The translations under genes were made by a program, and so were the position numbers. A stretch of 64,000 nt of DNA, taken from Polaribacter sp. (lineage in GTDB: Bacteria > Bacteroidota > Bacteroidia > Flavobacteriales > Flavobacteriaceae). Of this stretch, positions 46,451 through 55,696 are shown piece after piece; positions within the stretch are counted from its first letter, which is position 1, and every line of letters begins with the position of its first letter. The notes below the pieces were generated by a model, which searched no databases, was not told the DNA's origin, and saw only the letters and a program-made list of their open reading frames with translations. The stretch spans positions 2,715-66,714 of the forward strand of contig CBFHUV010000001.1 of NCBI GenBank assembly GCA_965659055.1. Reading direction: 5' to 3'.

Positions 46451-47311
46451 CTAATTTATTAAAAGCACTTTCCAAGCACTTTCTACATCGTTTATTTTTA
46501 AAAACTCTTTCGCAAATGTATGTTTTTTTGCCATTTCTAGCCCTATAAATTCAGGGTTGACTTTTGCAAAGTTATCAACATCTTTTTGATTGGGCAGCTG
46601 TTCTACATTTCCTAACATCCCCAAATTATTCCCTGATAAAATCTCACTGTTTCTTATCGCTGAGGGAATGGCATCGACCCCGATCCCAAGAGTTGAAATT
46701 GGTTTAGGAATTTCAAAAAATCCATCTTTAGCCCGTGAATAATAATTCCCTCCTGCTCTAGCCACCAAATCTATTTTGTATTGATCAATGGCACCATCAA
46801 CATCTAAGACATCATCATGAATATGCAATTTAACCACCTCACAGATAATCAAATTTCCAGCACCCCCTTCTTCACCTAAATGGATAATTTCGTTGATTTT
46901 ACATTCAAATTGCACCGGAGATTCCGCCACCCTAAAAGGCTTCACTTTGTCAGATGCCAACATGGTTAAACCTGCTTTTTCAAACTCATTAACCCCTTTA
47001 GGATATTCAGTGCTGCTTAAAGACATTTGCTGAACAATCTCATAGTTCACCACGTTAATCACAACTTCTTTGGTGTTCATTGCGTTTTCCAAAGTGTGTT
47101 TCGTTGTATTCCCGCGAACTCGTCTGGCTGGAGAAAAAATAAGAATCGGTGGATTGGCACTAAACACATTAAAAAAACTAAAAGGCGATAAATTAGGGTT
47201 CCCTTCTTCGTCTATAGTACTTGCAAAGGCAATAGGTCGTGGTGCGATGGCACCTAGCAAATATCCATGTAATTTACCTGTTGATATATCTTTGGGATCT
47301 ATAGAAATCAT
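46451..47311 (-). CDS. flavin reductase-like (FMN-binding split-barrel) family protein
   Basis: 286 aa. The N-terminal half resembles the flavin reductase domain (PRPIAFASTIDEEGNPNLSPFSFFN). Confidence 0.7.
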   Translation of the reverse strand: MISIDPKDISTGKLHGYLLGAIAPRPIAFASTIDEEGNPNLSPFSFFNVFSANPPILIFSPARRVRGNTTKHTLENAMNTKEVVINVVNYEIVQQMSLSSTEYPKGVNEFEKAGLTMLASDKVKPFRVAESPVQFECKINEIIHLGEEGGAGNLIICEVVKLHIHDDVLDVDGAIDQYKIDLVARAGGNYYSRAKDGFFEIPKPISTLGIGVDAIPSAIRNSEILSGNNLGMLGNVEQLPNQKDVDNFAKVNPEFIGLEMAKKHTFAKEFLKINDVESAWKVLLIN

Positions 47312-47380
47312 AATTTTTTAATTATTTTGAATTGTAAATATACTATCATTTTATAAAATAGGTTATCAACTAATATAGAT

Positions 47381-47388
47381 TATATTTG
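47381..47388 (+). promoter_or_regulatory. -7 promoter box TATATTTG for the histidine kinase gene (near-leaderless)
   Basis: Exact TAnnTTTG match ending 5 nt before the ATG at 47394. Confidence 0.45.
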
Positions 47389-47393
47389 TATTT

Positions 47394-48545
47394 ATGAGCT
47401 TTTTTAAAAATAGCGTTTTCGCAAAACGTGCGGTTATTTTTGTGCTGCTAGGGATCGTTTCCTTAATCCTTTGGAATACCTATATCTTTTTTCAAAAGTT
47501 TAAACAAGAGGAACGCCTAAAGGTAGAGATCTTTGCTGCTGCCCTTAAAGAACTTGCTACTAATAACGATTTAAACGCCAATATCAATTTAGAAACAAAA
47601 ATAATTGAAACAAATACCAACATCCCGTTAATTTTAGTTCATGAGGATGGCAAAATTAAAGAATGGCGAAATTTAGATCCAAAAAAGGCTAAAGACAGTA
47701 GTTATGTTCAGGGTCAATTGGAGATTATGAAAAAGCAGAATGCTCCCATTTTAGTTCGCTATTTAAACATTACCGAATATATCTACTATAAAGATTCCGA
47801 TTTATTAAACAAGCTTACCTACTACCCCATCGCCTTGATTCTTATTTTGATACTGTTTTTAACCGTAATTTATATGCTGTTTTCTTCCAATAAAATCGCG
47901 GAACAAAATCGATTGTGGACGGGAATGGCCAAAGAAACAGCACATCAAATCGGAACACCACTTTCTTCATTACTGGGATGGATTGCTATTTTAAAAAATG
48001 AAAAAGTAGGAGAAAAATATCTTGACGAAATAGAAAAGGATGTTTATAGATTGAATACCATTGCCAATCGATTTTCTAAAATTGGTTCCGCACCTAACTT
48101 AATTGAAGAGGATATTGTGGCTATTAGCAAAGCAGCCTTTAATTATCTGCACACCAGAACTTCGAAACAAGTGAGCTTTGAATTTGATACGAGCGAACCC
48201 TCTGTTCTTATAAATTGCAATCAAGAATTACTCGGTTGGGTAATCGAAAACCTTGTAAAAAATGCGATTGATGCTATGCAAGGAAAAGGCAGTGTTCGTC
48301 TTTCTATAGAAACCCTTCTTAACAAAGTAAAAATAACGATTTCTGATACCGGAAAAGGAATGCAAAAATCGCAATTTAGACAAATTTTCAAACCTGGTTT
48401 TACAACCAAAAAAAGAGGATGGGGCTTGGGATTATCGCTTTCTAAACGTATTATTGAAGAATATCACAATGGGAAAATATTTGTGGAAAAATCAGAAATC
48501 AATAAAGGAACGAGTATTCAAATTGTATTGCAGAAAGCAGCTTAA
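47394..48545 (+). CDS. orphan membrane sensor histidine kinase
   Basis: 383 aa with two TMs flanking a loop of about 110 aa. H-box AHQIGTPLSSL, N-box NLVKNAIDA, G1 DTGKGM, G2 GWGLGLS. No response regulator adjacent. Confidence 0.85.
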   Translation: MSFFKNSVFAKRAVIFVLLGIVSLILWNTYIFFQKFKQEERLKVEIFAAALKELATNNDLNANINLETKIIETNTNIPLILVHEDGKIKEWRNLDPKKAKDSSYVQGQLEIMKKQNAPILVRYLNITEYIYYKDSDLLNKLTYYPIALILILILFLTVIYMLFSSNKIAEQNRLWTGMAKETAHQIGTPLSSLLGWIAILKNEKVGEKYLDEIEKDVYRLNTIANRFSKIGSAPNLIEEDIVAISKAAFNYLHTRTSKQVSFEFDTSEPSVLINCNQELLGWVIENLVKNAIDAMQGKGSVRLSIETLLNKVKITISDTGKGMQKSQFRQIFKPGFTTKKRGWGLGLSLSKRIIEEYHNGKIFVEKSEINKGTSIQIVLQKAA

Positions 48546-48730
48546 TTTTTGTTTTTTGAAAAATATCGCATTGCTAAAGCCATAAAAAAACCTGCAAACA
48601 GATAAAACGGAATTCCTATAAGCAGAATATCTATCCTTAAAGCTTCACCAAGTATTACTGGTTTTATGAATTCTAAAATTACAAACATCCAAATCGCCCA
48701 GAAAAAACCTTCTTTTTTCCAATTTTTCAT
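48542..48730 (-). CDS. small two-TM membrane protein (paralog B)
   Basis: 62 aa. ATG overlaps the stop of the upstream paralog (ATGA). Confidence 0.6.
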   Translation of the reverse strand: MKNWKKEGFFWAIWMFVILEFIKPVILGEALRIDILLIGIPFYLFAGFFMALAMRYFSKNKN

Positions 48731-48917
48731 TTTTTTTCTGGTTTATAGTTTTTACGCATAGAATATCCAAAACCGATGCCTCCTATAAGCCAAATTGGAA
48801 TTCCAATTAAGATTCTTTTTAAAGAGATCTCATCTCCTTCAATTGCTGGCCATACAAATGTCATAATAACAAACATAAATAACCCCAAAGCAATCCTATT
48901 TTAATCCAAGCCTTCAT
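48727..48917 (-). pseudogene. small membrane protein (paralog A) with a frameshift at a G4/C4 run, or a sequencing error
   Basis: ATG at 48917 overlaps the HIT stop and reads MKAWIKIGLLWG, then stops at 48861. The other frame reads LFMFVIMTFVWPAIEGDEISLKRILIGIPIWLIGGIGFGYSMRKNYKPEKK to 48727. One extra G in the cccc run at 48883-48886 joins them. The joined protein aligns with paralog B. Confidence 0.7.
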
Positions 48918-49312
48918 CATTCAAAATTTTGAGCAATTTTAGCGGCAAGTGAGACAAAATCTTCATGCTGCATTTTTAATTTCTTACTGGTAAAATTAAT
49001 ATCAGAAACTCTGTTAATCGGAATCAAATGCACGTGTGCATGTGGCACTTCCAAGCCCACAACCGTCATCCCAATGCGCGCACAAGGAATGGTTTTTTCT
49101 AAAGCCTTTGCAACTCTTTTTGCAAAACGCATCAAATGCTCATAACTTTCATCATCCAATTCAAACAACTTATCTACTGCTACTTTTGGAATCACCAAGC
49201 TGTGTCCTTTTGCATTGGGATTGATGTCTAAAAAAGCAAAACAAAATTCATTTTCTGCAATTTTATACGAAGGTATTTCACCATTGATGATTTTTGTAAA
49301 AATAGTACTCAT
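48917..49312 (-). CDS. HIT-family (histidine triad) nucleotide hydrolase/transferase
   Basis: 131 aa with histidine triad HAHVHLIP. Confidence 0.9.
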   Translation of the reverse strand: MSTIFTKIINGEIPSYKIAENEFCFAFLDINPNAKGHSLVIPKVAVDKLFELDDESYEHLMRFAKRVAKALEKTIPCARIGMTVVGLEVPHAHVHLIPINRVSDINFTSKKLKMQHEDFVSLAAKIAQNFE

Positions 49313-49329
49313 AGATTTTACTGTTTTTT

Positions 49330-49337
49330 CAAAGATA
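49330..49337 (-). promoter_or_regulatory. -7 promoter box (TATCTTTG on gene strand) for the HIT operon
   Basis: caaagata on the + strand, 18 nt upstream of the ATG at 49312. Confidence 0.5.
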
Positions 49338-49357
49338 CAAAAGCTCTATCAGTAAGC

Positions 49358-49388
49358 ATAAAAAAAGCTTCTAGGAATCCCAGAAGCT
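49358..49388 (-). terminator. rho-independent terminator after greA
   Basis: Stem agcttct(a)gg / cc(c)agaagct. An A-run on the + strand gives a T-run on the transcript. Confidence 0.7.
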
Positions 49389-49413
49389 ATAGGCATCAAA
49401 AAATTGATGTATT

Positions 49414-49887
49414 CTATCTCGAAATTTCTAAAATTTCAAATTTCATAATCCCATTAGGCACTACTATTTCTGCTATTTCACCCACTTCTCTACCCAACAA
49501 ACCCTTTCCGATTGGAGAATTCACCGAAAGTTTTCCATTTCGAACATCCGATTCAGAATCAGCCACCAAGGTATAGGTGAATTCCATTTTATTGGCAGTG
49601 TTTTTTAACTTTACCACAGAATGAATTAAAATCTTAGAATCATCCAACTGAGATTCATCTATGATCCTAGCATTTGCTACTACGTTTTTTAATTTCGCTA
49701 TTTTAAGTTCTAACAAAGATTGCTCTTCTTTAGCTGCGTGATATTCTGCGTTCTCACTCAAATCACCCTTATCTCTAGCATCGGCTATTTCTTGGGTCAC
49801 TCTAGGACGTTCTACCTGCTCTAATTGATGTAATTCGTCTTTCAACTTCTTTAATCCTTCTTCTGTGTAATACGATACTTCACTCAT
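49414..49887 (-). CDS. greA: transcription elongation factor GreA
   Basis: Starts MSEVSYYTEEGLKKLK. Motif DKGDLSENAEYHAAKEEQ. The track start at 49944 adds 19 unlikely residues. Confidence 0.9.
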   Translation of the reverse strand: MSEVSYYTEEGLKKLKDELHQLEQVERPRVTQEIADARDKGDLSENAEYHAAKEEQSLLELKIAKLKNVVANARIIDESQLDDSKILIHSVVKLKNTANKMEFTYTLVADSESDVRNGKLSVNSPIGKGLLGREVGEIAEIVVPNGIMKFEILEISR

Positions 49888-49947
49888 AATCTTGATTTTA
49901 TAAAATACAAAATCCCATTGCCTTTTTATCAGAATGAGATTCAATTA

Positions 49948-49955
49948 CAAATGTA
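49948..49955 (-). promoter_or_regulatory. -7 promoter box (TACATTTG on gene strand) for greA
   Basis: caaatgta on the + strand, about 60 nt upstream of the ATG at 49887. Confidence 0.4.
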
Positions 49956-50001
49956 CAAAATATTTGTAACTTGCAATCGTTTATAAGTAAACACTCAAAA
50001 A

Positions 50002-50430
50002 ATGCAGAAAAAAATCTTATTTACCCTATTGTTTTTCATTTTATTATCGGGATGCAGTAAGAGCGTAATTGAGAATGATTTACTGCCCGCTGTAACTGTG
50101 AATGAAACCATAGATTTAAACCTTCCTAAATTCATCAATCTCCAGGTTCCAGGTGGTTTTGCCTATACGAGTGGAGGGGTAAACGGAATCATTATTTATA
50201 ATTTAAACGGTAATCAATTTAAAGCTTTTGACAGAGCTTGTCCTCACCTACCGGTTTCATCTTGTACCCAAATGGAAGTAAAAAACACCATTAAGTTGGT
50301 CTGCCCTTGTGATACTAGTGAATTTAATATTTTAAATGGAGCTCCTTTAACGGAAGGAATTACCCACTATGCCAGAGAATATTTAGTAACTGTGTTCAAT
50401 GCGAATACTTTAAGAATCACCAATTTTTAA
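50002..50430 (+). CDS. lipoprotein with degenerate Rieske-like motif
   Basis: 142 aa with lipobox LLSGCS. Has CPH ... CPCD where a Rieske domain has CxH ... CxxH. Confidence 0.5.
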   Translation: MQKKILFTLLFFILLSGCSKSVIENDLLPAVTVNETIDLNLPKFINLQVPGGFAYTSGGVNGIIIYNLNGNQFKAFDRACPHLPVSSCTQMEVKNTIKLVCPCDTSEFNILNGAPLTEGITHYAREYLVTVFNANTLRITNF

Positions 50431-50442
50431 AAAATAGATTCT

Positions 50443-50450
50443 TACTTTTG
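50443..50450 (+). promoter_or_regulatory. -7 promoter box TACTTTTG for purK-purE
   Basis: Exact TAnnTTTG match 30 nt upstream of the GTG at 50480. Confidence 0.5.
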
Positions 50451-50479
50451 CATGAATAATACCCAATAAAATTAAGACT

Positions 50480-51638
50480 GTGAACAATTATTTCTCTTCC
50501 AATTTTAAATTAGGTGTTTTAGGAGGTGGCCAATTAGGTAGAATGCTCTTAACAGAAACGCAAAAATTTGATATTTACACCGCGATTTTAGACAGTTCAC
50601 CAGATGCGCCCTGCGCTAAGATTTGTGAAGAATTTCAGGTAGGATATTTAATGAACTTTGACGATGTTTATGCCTTTGGAAAAAAGGTGGATGTGCTCAC
50701 TATCGAAATTGAACATGTCAATATAGATGCCTTATATAAGCTAGAAAAAGAGGGGTTAAAAATATATCCACAACCTCATGTTATCGCTACAATTCAACAT
50801 AAAGGAAAACAAAAAGATTTTTTTGTTCAGCACCATATTCCTACTTCACCACATCATCGATTTGAATCAAAAAAAGCATTGAATACTGCATTTGAACAAG
50901 GTCAATTTACACTGCCTTTTGTATGGAAGTCAGCACAATTTGGCTATGATGGTACCGGTGTAAAAATTGTTAAAACTACCGATGATATTTTGCAATTAGA
51001 AGATACGGATTCTATTGTAGAAAAATTGATCCCATTTAAAAATGAATTGGCTGTTATTGTTGCTAGAAATAAAAATGGTGACGTAAAAACCTACCCAGTT
51101 GTAGAAATGGAGTTTCATCCGGAAGCCAATCAGGTAGAATACGTCATTTGCCCTGCAAGAATTGAAGAAAAAGTGGCCTTAAAGGCTCGAGAAACCGCTT
51201 TAAAGGTAGCAGAAGCTTTTGAACATGTTGGCTTGCTAGCTGTAGAAATGTTCCAAACTCATGATGATGAAATTTTAGTGAATGAGATTGCGCCAAGAAC
51301 TCACAATTCTGGACATTATTCCATAGAAGCGAGTTATACCAGCCAATTTGAACAACATTTGCGAACTGTTTTAAATTTACCTTTGGGAAACACCGACAGC
51401 AAAGTGGCAGGAATTATGGTAAATTTAGTGGGTGAAGAAGGCCATACTGGCAATGTTCATTATGAAAACATAGAAAAAATACTAGCGATAGATGGAGTTA
51501 CTCCTCATATCTATGGCAAAAAAAACCACAAAACCCTTCAGAAAAATGGGTCATGTAACGGTGGTGAACCAAGACATTAATAAGGCTAGAGTCATTGCTC
51601 AGCAGGTAAAAGAAACAATTAGAGTTATCAGTAAATAA
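50480..51638 (+). pseudogene. purK: 5-(carboxyamino)imidazole ribonucleotide synthase with a frameshift in an A8 run, or a sequencing error
   Basis: ATP-grasp protein with GGGQLGRM. After the A8 run at 51518-51525 the track frame gives NHKTLQKNGSCNGGEPRH-stop. The +1 frame gives the canonical C-terminus TTKPFRKMGHVTVVNQDINKARVIAQQVKETIRVISK and stops at 51636-51638. Confidence 0.85.
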
Positions 51639-51645
51639 AACACTT

Positions 51646-52125
51646 ATGGTAGGAATTATAATGGGAAGTGATTCAGATCTTCCAATCATGCAAGAAGCCA
51701 TCGACATATTAGAAAGTTTTGACATTCCAATAGAGGTTGATATTGTTTCTGCTCACAGAACACCCGAAAAATTGGTTGATTATTCTAAGAATGCACATTT
51801 ACGTGGCATAAAAGTAATTATCGCTGGAGCGGGAGGCGCAGCGCATTTACCAGGAATGGTCGCTTCTATGAGTCCTTTACCAGTAATTGGTGTTCCTGTA
51901 AAAAGCAGCAACTCTATAGATGGCTGGGATTCTATCTTATCTATTTTACAAATGCCAGGAGGAGTTCCGGTTGCAACTGTAGCCCTAAATGGCGCAAAAA
52001 ATGCCGGAATACTAGCTGCACAAATTGTAGGTGCATCTGATACATGTGTCCTTGATAAAATTATCGCCTATAAAGAAGGTTTAAAAATGAAAGTAGAGCA
52101 GGCAGCTGCAAAAATTAAAAAGTAA
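51646..52125 (+). CDS. purE: 5-(carboxyamino)imidazole ribonucleotide mutase
   Basis: 159 aa with IMGSDSDL and AGGAAHLPGM motifs. Confidence 0.92.
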   Translation: MVGIIMGSDSDLPIMQEAIDILESFDIPIEVDIVSAHRTPEKLVDYSKNAHLRGIKVIIAGAGGAAHLPGMVASMSPLPVIGVPVKSSNSIDGWDSILSILQMPGGVPVATVALNGAKNAGILAAQIVGASDTCVLDKIIAYKEGLKMKVEQAAAKIKK

Positions 52126-52236
52126 ACTTCATTTATCTAAAAAACTTATTAAGGCTTCATGAACTCTTTAAGAATAAAAATTCTTAACAGATCACGAGCC
52201 TTCTTTTTACTAATTCTTAAAAGAAATCCTTGTAAA

Positions 52237-54252
52237 ATGAATCCATTATTACAACATTTTAATACTGCGCCATTTTCTAAAATAGCAGCTAAAGATTACA
52301 AACCTGCAATCAAAGAGGCTATTGAAATTGCCAAAAAAGAAATTGATGCCCTTGTTCAAAACACCTCAGCACCGAGCTTTGAGAACACCACAGAGGCCTT
52401 AGATTTTTCTGGGGAGAAACTACAACGCATTAGCAGTATCTTTTTTAATGTGAATGCTGCAGAAACTTCTGATGAAATTCAAAAAATTGCCAAAGAAATA
52501 GCCCCTTGGCTGAGCGAATTTAGCAATGATATCATGCTCAATGCCCCACTTTTTGAGCGCGTAAAAACCGTATACAAGCAAAGAAAAAATGTAAAGCTGA
52601 ACCCAGAACAACAAATGCTTTTAGAAAAGCAATACAAAGGTTTTGCTAGAAATGGTGCCAATTTAAATGATACAGACAAAACAAGCTTGCGCAAAATAGA
52701 TGCGCAACTTTCTCAATTATCCTTGCAATTTGGTGAAAATGTATTAGCAGAAACCAATGCTTTTGAATTGCACCTTACTAATTCAGATGATCTAGCGGGT
52801 CTTCCAGAGAGCGTTTGTGAGGCGGCGGCTCAATTGGCAAAGCAAGAAGGCAAAGAAGGATGGATTTTCACCTTAGATTTTCCGAGTTACATTCCGTTTT
52901 TAACCTATGCAGATAACAGAGAGCTTCGCAAAAAAATGGCCATCGCTGCAGGCAAGAAAGGCTTCCAAGACAATGCCTTTAACAATGAAGAAAATGTGTT
53001 ACAAATTGTTAATCTAAGACATCAACGTGCCAAGTTACTGGGATATAAAAGTCATTCGCACTTTGTACTAGAAGAGCGCATGGCAGAAACCCCAGAAAAA
53101 GTATTTTCTTTTTCAAATGATTTATTAGCAAAGGCAAAACCAGCTGCCAAAAAAGAATTTAACCATTTAGCAGAGTTCGCTAAAAGACTAGACGGTATTG
53201 ATCAATTAGAAAAATGGGATGGCGCCTATTATTCGGAGAAATTAAAAAAAGAACTATTTGATTTAGACCAAGAGCTTTTAAAACCTTATTTTCAGTTAGA
53301 AAATGTCATTGATGGTGCATTTAAAATAGCTAAAAATCTTTACGATTTGGTTTTTGAAGAAGTCTTTGATATAGACACCTATCATCCAGATGTAAAAACC
53401 TATAGAGTTACTGATTCTAATAATGCATTTGTTGCTATTTTTTACGCCGATTTTCACCCAAGAAAAGGGAAAAGAAACGGAGCATGGATGACCTCTTACA
53501 AATCTCAATATGTAAAAGAAGGCATTAATGAGCGACCACATGTTTCTATCGTTTGTAATTTCACCAAACCTACAGATACAAAACCCTCATTGCTCACCTT
53601 TAACGAAGTAACTACCTTGTTTCATGAATTTGGCCATGCCCTGCATGGTATGCTCGCAAATACCCATTATACGAGCTTGTCGGGCACGTCAGTGCCATGG
53701 GACTTTGTAGAATTGCCGAGCCAAGTTTTAGAAAATTGGTGTTATGAAAAAGAAGCACTGGCCTTATTTGCAAAACATTATAAAACTGGTGAACTTATTC
53801 CAATGAAATATGTCGAAAAAATTAAAGAGTCTGCAAGTTTTCATGAAGGCATGCAAACCCTTCGTCAATTAAGCTTTGGTCTTTTAGATATGAAATGGCA
53901 TAGTGAAGACCCATCAAAAATTACCAGTGTAAAAGCCTTAGAAAATGAAGCTTTCGCAGAGACACAATTGTATCCTGATGTACCAGAAAATTGCATGAGT
54001 ACCTCATTTTCTCATATTTTTCAAGGAGGATATTCAGCAGGTTATTATTCCTATAAATGGGCAGAAGTATTGGATGCAGATGCATTTGAATATTTCTTAG
54101 AAAAAGGAATCTTTAACAAAGAAGTAGCTACCCTATTTAAAGAGCATATTTTATCAAAAGGAGGGACAGAAAAGCCGATGGAACTTTATAAACGATTTAG
54201 AGGACAAGAGCCGAAACCAGAAGCCTTATTAAAAAGAGCAGGTTTGGTCTAA
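52237..54252 (+). CDS. M3-family zinc metallopeptidase (peptidyl-dipeptidase Dcp / oligopeptidase A type)
   Basis: 671 aa from MNPLLQHFNTAPF, with zinc site HEFGHALHG. The track start at 52159 is probably too long. Confidence 0.85.
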   Translation: MNPLLQHFNTAPFSKIAAKDYKPAIKEAIEIAKKEIDALVQNTSAPSFENTTEALDFSGEKLQRISSIFFNVNAAETSDEIQKIAKEIAPWLSEFSNDIMLNAPLFERVKTVYKQRKNVKLNPEQQMLLEKQYKGFARNGANLNDTDKTSLRKIDAQLSQLSLQFGENVLAETNAFELHLTNSDDLAGLPESVCEAAAQLAKQEGKEGWIFTLDFPSYIPFLTYADNRELRKKMAIAAGKKGFQDNAFNNEENVLQIVNLRHQRAKLLGYKSHSHFVLEERMAETPEKVFSFSNDLLAKAKPAAKKEFNHLAEFAKRLDGIDQLEKWDGAYYSEKLKKELFDLDQELLKPYFQLENVIDGAFKIAKNLYDLVFEEVFDIDTYHPDVKTYRVTDSNNAFVAIFYADFHPRKGKRNGAWMTSYKSQYVKEGINERPHVSIVCNFTKPTDTKPSLLTFNEVTTLFHEFGHALHGMLANTHYTSLSGTSVPWDFVELPSQVLENWCYEKEALALFAKHYKTGELIPMKYVEKIKESASFHEGMQTLRQLSFGLLDMKWHSEDPSKITSVKALENEAFAETQLYPDVPENCMSTSFSHIFQGGYSAGYYSYKWAEVLDADAFEYFLEKGIFNKEVATLFKEHILSKGGTEKPMELYKRFRGQEPKPEALLKRAGLV

Positions 54253-54331
54253 ATCACAAGTTTTTGTTAAGATACCATCCTGTTTTTTGTTGCGTAAGAC
54301 ATTGTCTCTATTTTTAGGCAAATTATGTTCC

Positions 54332-55552
54332 ATGAAAAAACTGCTTTTTGTTACTTTCTTCTTTTTTTCGGTACTGGGATTTTCTCAAACCAGAATCTCA
54401 GGGAGGATTGTCGATAAAGAAAACACGCCTCTCGAGGGAGCCTCCGTCTACTTAAACAACACCACCATTGGGGTCTCCACAAAAACCAATGGCGAATTTG
54501 ATTTTACCGTGGCCGACGGCACCTATGATTTGATTGTTTCTTATTTGGGTTTTAAAACGATTCAATATACCTTGACAACAAGTGCTTACAGCAAAGAATT
54601 GTTTTTTACCCTGGAAGAATCAGAAAATGTATTGAATGAAGTCGTCATTAGAAAGACAAAATACGATGAAACTTGGAAATACAATTTGAATCAATTTATC
54701 CAGAATTTTCTAGGTAGAACCAACTTGGCAGCAGATTGTAAAATTTTAAATGCCAAAACGCTTCATTTCGAGTATGATGAAAAGATCCGCACCATGACCG
54801 CCTTCGCTAGAGAACCTCTTAAAATTGAGAACAAAGGCCTTGGCTATTTAATTACCTTTGATTTGGCGCTGTTTTCTTTAGGGCCAAATACGGTAAACTA
54901 TTATGGTTATACAAAATACGAAACCCTTTCTGGAGGAAAACGTAAACAACGAAAATGGAAAGAGAATAGAACCAAAGCTTTTTTAGGTTCAAAAATGCAT
55001 TTTGTGAGAAGCCTTATTGCCGGTAACACCAAAGAACAAGGTTTTAACATCAATAAATTTAGAAGAGAACCCAACCCAGAAAGACCTTCAGATAAGGAGA
55101 TTGAAAGAGCAAGAGAAATTGTAAAGCTCTCAAACATCAACACCTATGATTTTCAATTTAAAGCTGCTCCTGAAACCATGCTAGATTCTGCCATGGTCGT
55201 GCTACAGAAATCAAGTCTGCCAAAATTCAAAGACTACTTATACAAACAAGGCGTGCCACTCAATGAAATTGTTCAGTTTGAAGACTCCAAACACATTCTA
55301 TCTTTTCCAAATTATTTATCCATCATCTACACCAAAGAAGCCGAAGAAGACAATTATGTTATGGGCATTTTTGGAAAAAAAAGAAGTCCTTTGGCTGTTC
55401 AGACCTCAGCCATGACCATGTTGGTAAAACAAGCTCTTTTAGATCCTAGTGGTGAAATTATCAACCCTTTAGATGTCTTTTATGAGGGATATTGGGCTTT
55501 TGAACAGTTTGCAGATGCTTTGCCACTTAATTACACAGCGCAACAAAATTAA
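54332..55552 (+). CDS. carboxypeptidase-regulatory-like domain protein (secreted)
   Basis: Starts MKKLLFVTFFFFSVLGFSQ (signal peptide). Then ISGRIVDKENTPLEGASVYL, typical of the CarboxypepD_reg fold. Confidence 0.7.
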   Translation: MKKLLFVTFFFFSVLGFSQTRISGRIVDKENTPLEGASVYLNNTTIGVSTKTNGEFDFTVADGTYDLIVSYLGFKTIQYTLTTSAYSKELFFTLEESENVLNEVVIRKTKYDETWKYNLNQFIQNFLGRTNLAADCKILNAKTLHFEYDEKIRTMTAFAREPLKIENKGLGYLITFDLALFSLGPNTVNYYGYTKYETLSGGKRKQRKWKENRTKAFLGSKMHFVRSLIAGNTKEQGFNINKFRREPNPERPSDKEIERAREIVKLSNINTYDFQFKAAPETMLDSAMVVLQKSSLPKFKDYLYKQGVPLNEIVQFEDSKHILSFPNYLSIIYTKEAEEDNYVMGIFGKKRSPLAVQTSAMTMLVKQALLDPSGEIINPLDVFYEGYWAFEQFADALPLNYTAQQN

Positions 55553-55614
55553 AATCTTGTATTCTCTATTCAGCTCACCTTCAAGTCTTTAAGTCAAAAA
55601 TAAGCTAGGCCTGC

Positions 55615-55644
55615 TAAGCAATATGCTTAATTATAAGCATATTG
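55615..55644. promoter_or_regulatory. overlapping palindromes upstream of barrel paralog 1
   Basis: taagca-ata-tgctta (55615-55629) overlaps the perfect 11-bp inverted repeat caatatgctta-atta-taagcatattg (55619-55644). Confidence 0.5.
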
Positions 55645-55696
55645 TCACTAATTAAATTTTTTTTTAGCTATTTTTAAAAGAATAAAAGAAGCCTAA

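Noticed and set aside
51518-51525. Programmed ribosomal frameshifting at the purK A8 run.
   Set aside because: There is no downstream stimulatory structure, and no known precedent for purK. The shift needed is +1 at a run better known for sequencing error or transcriptional slippage. It is kept only as a minor alternative in the finding.
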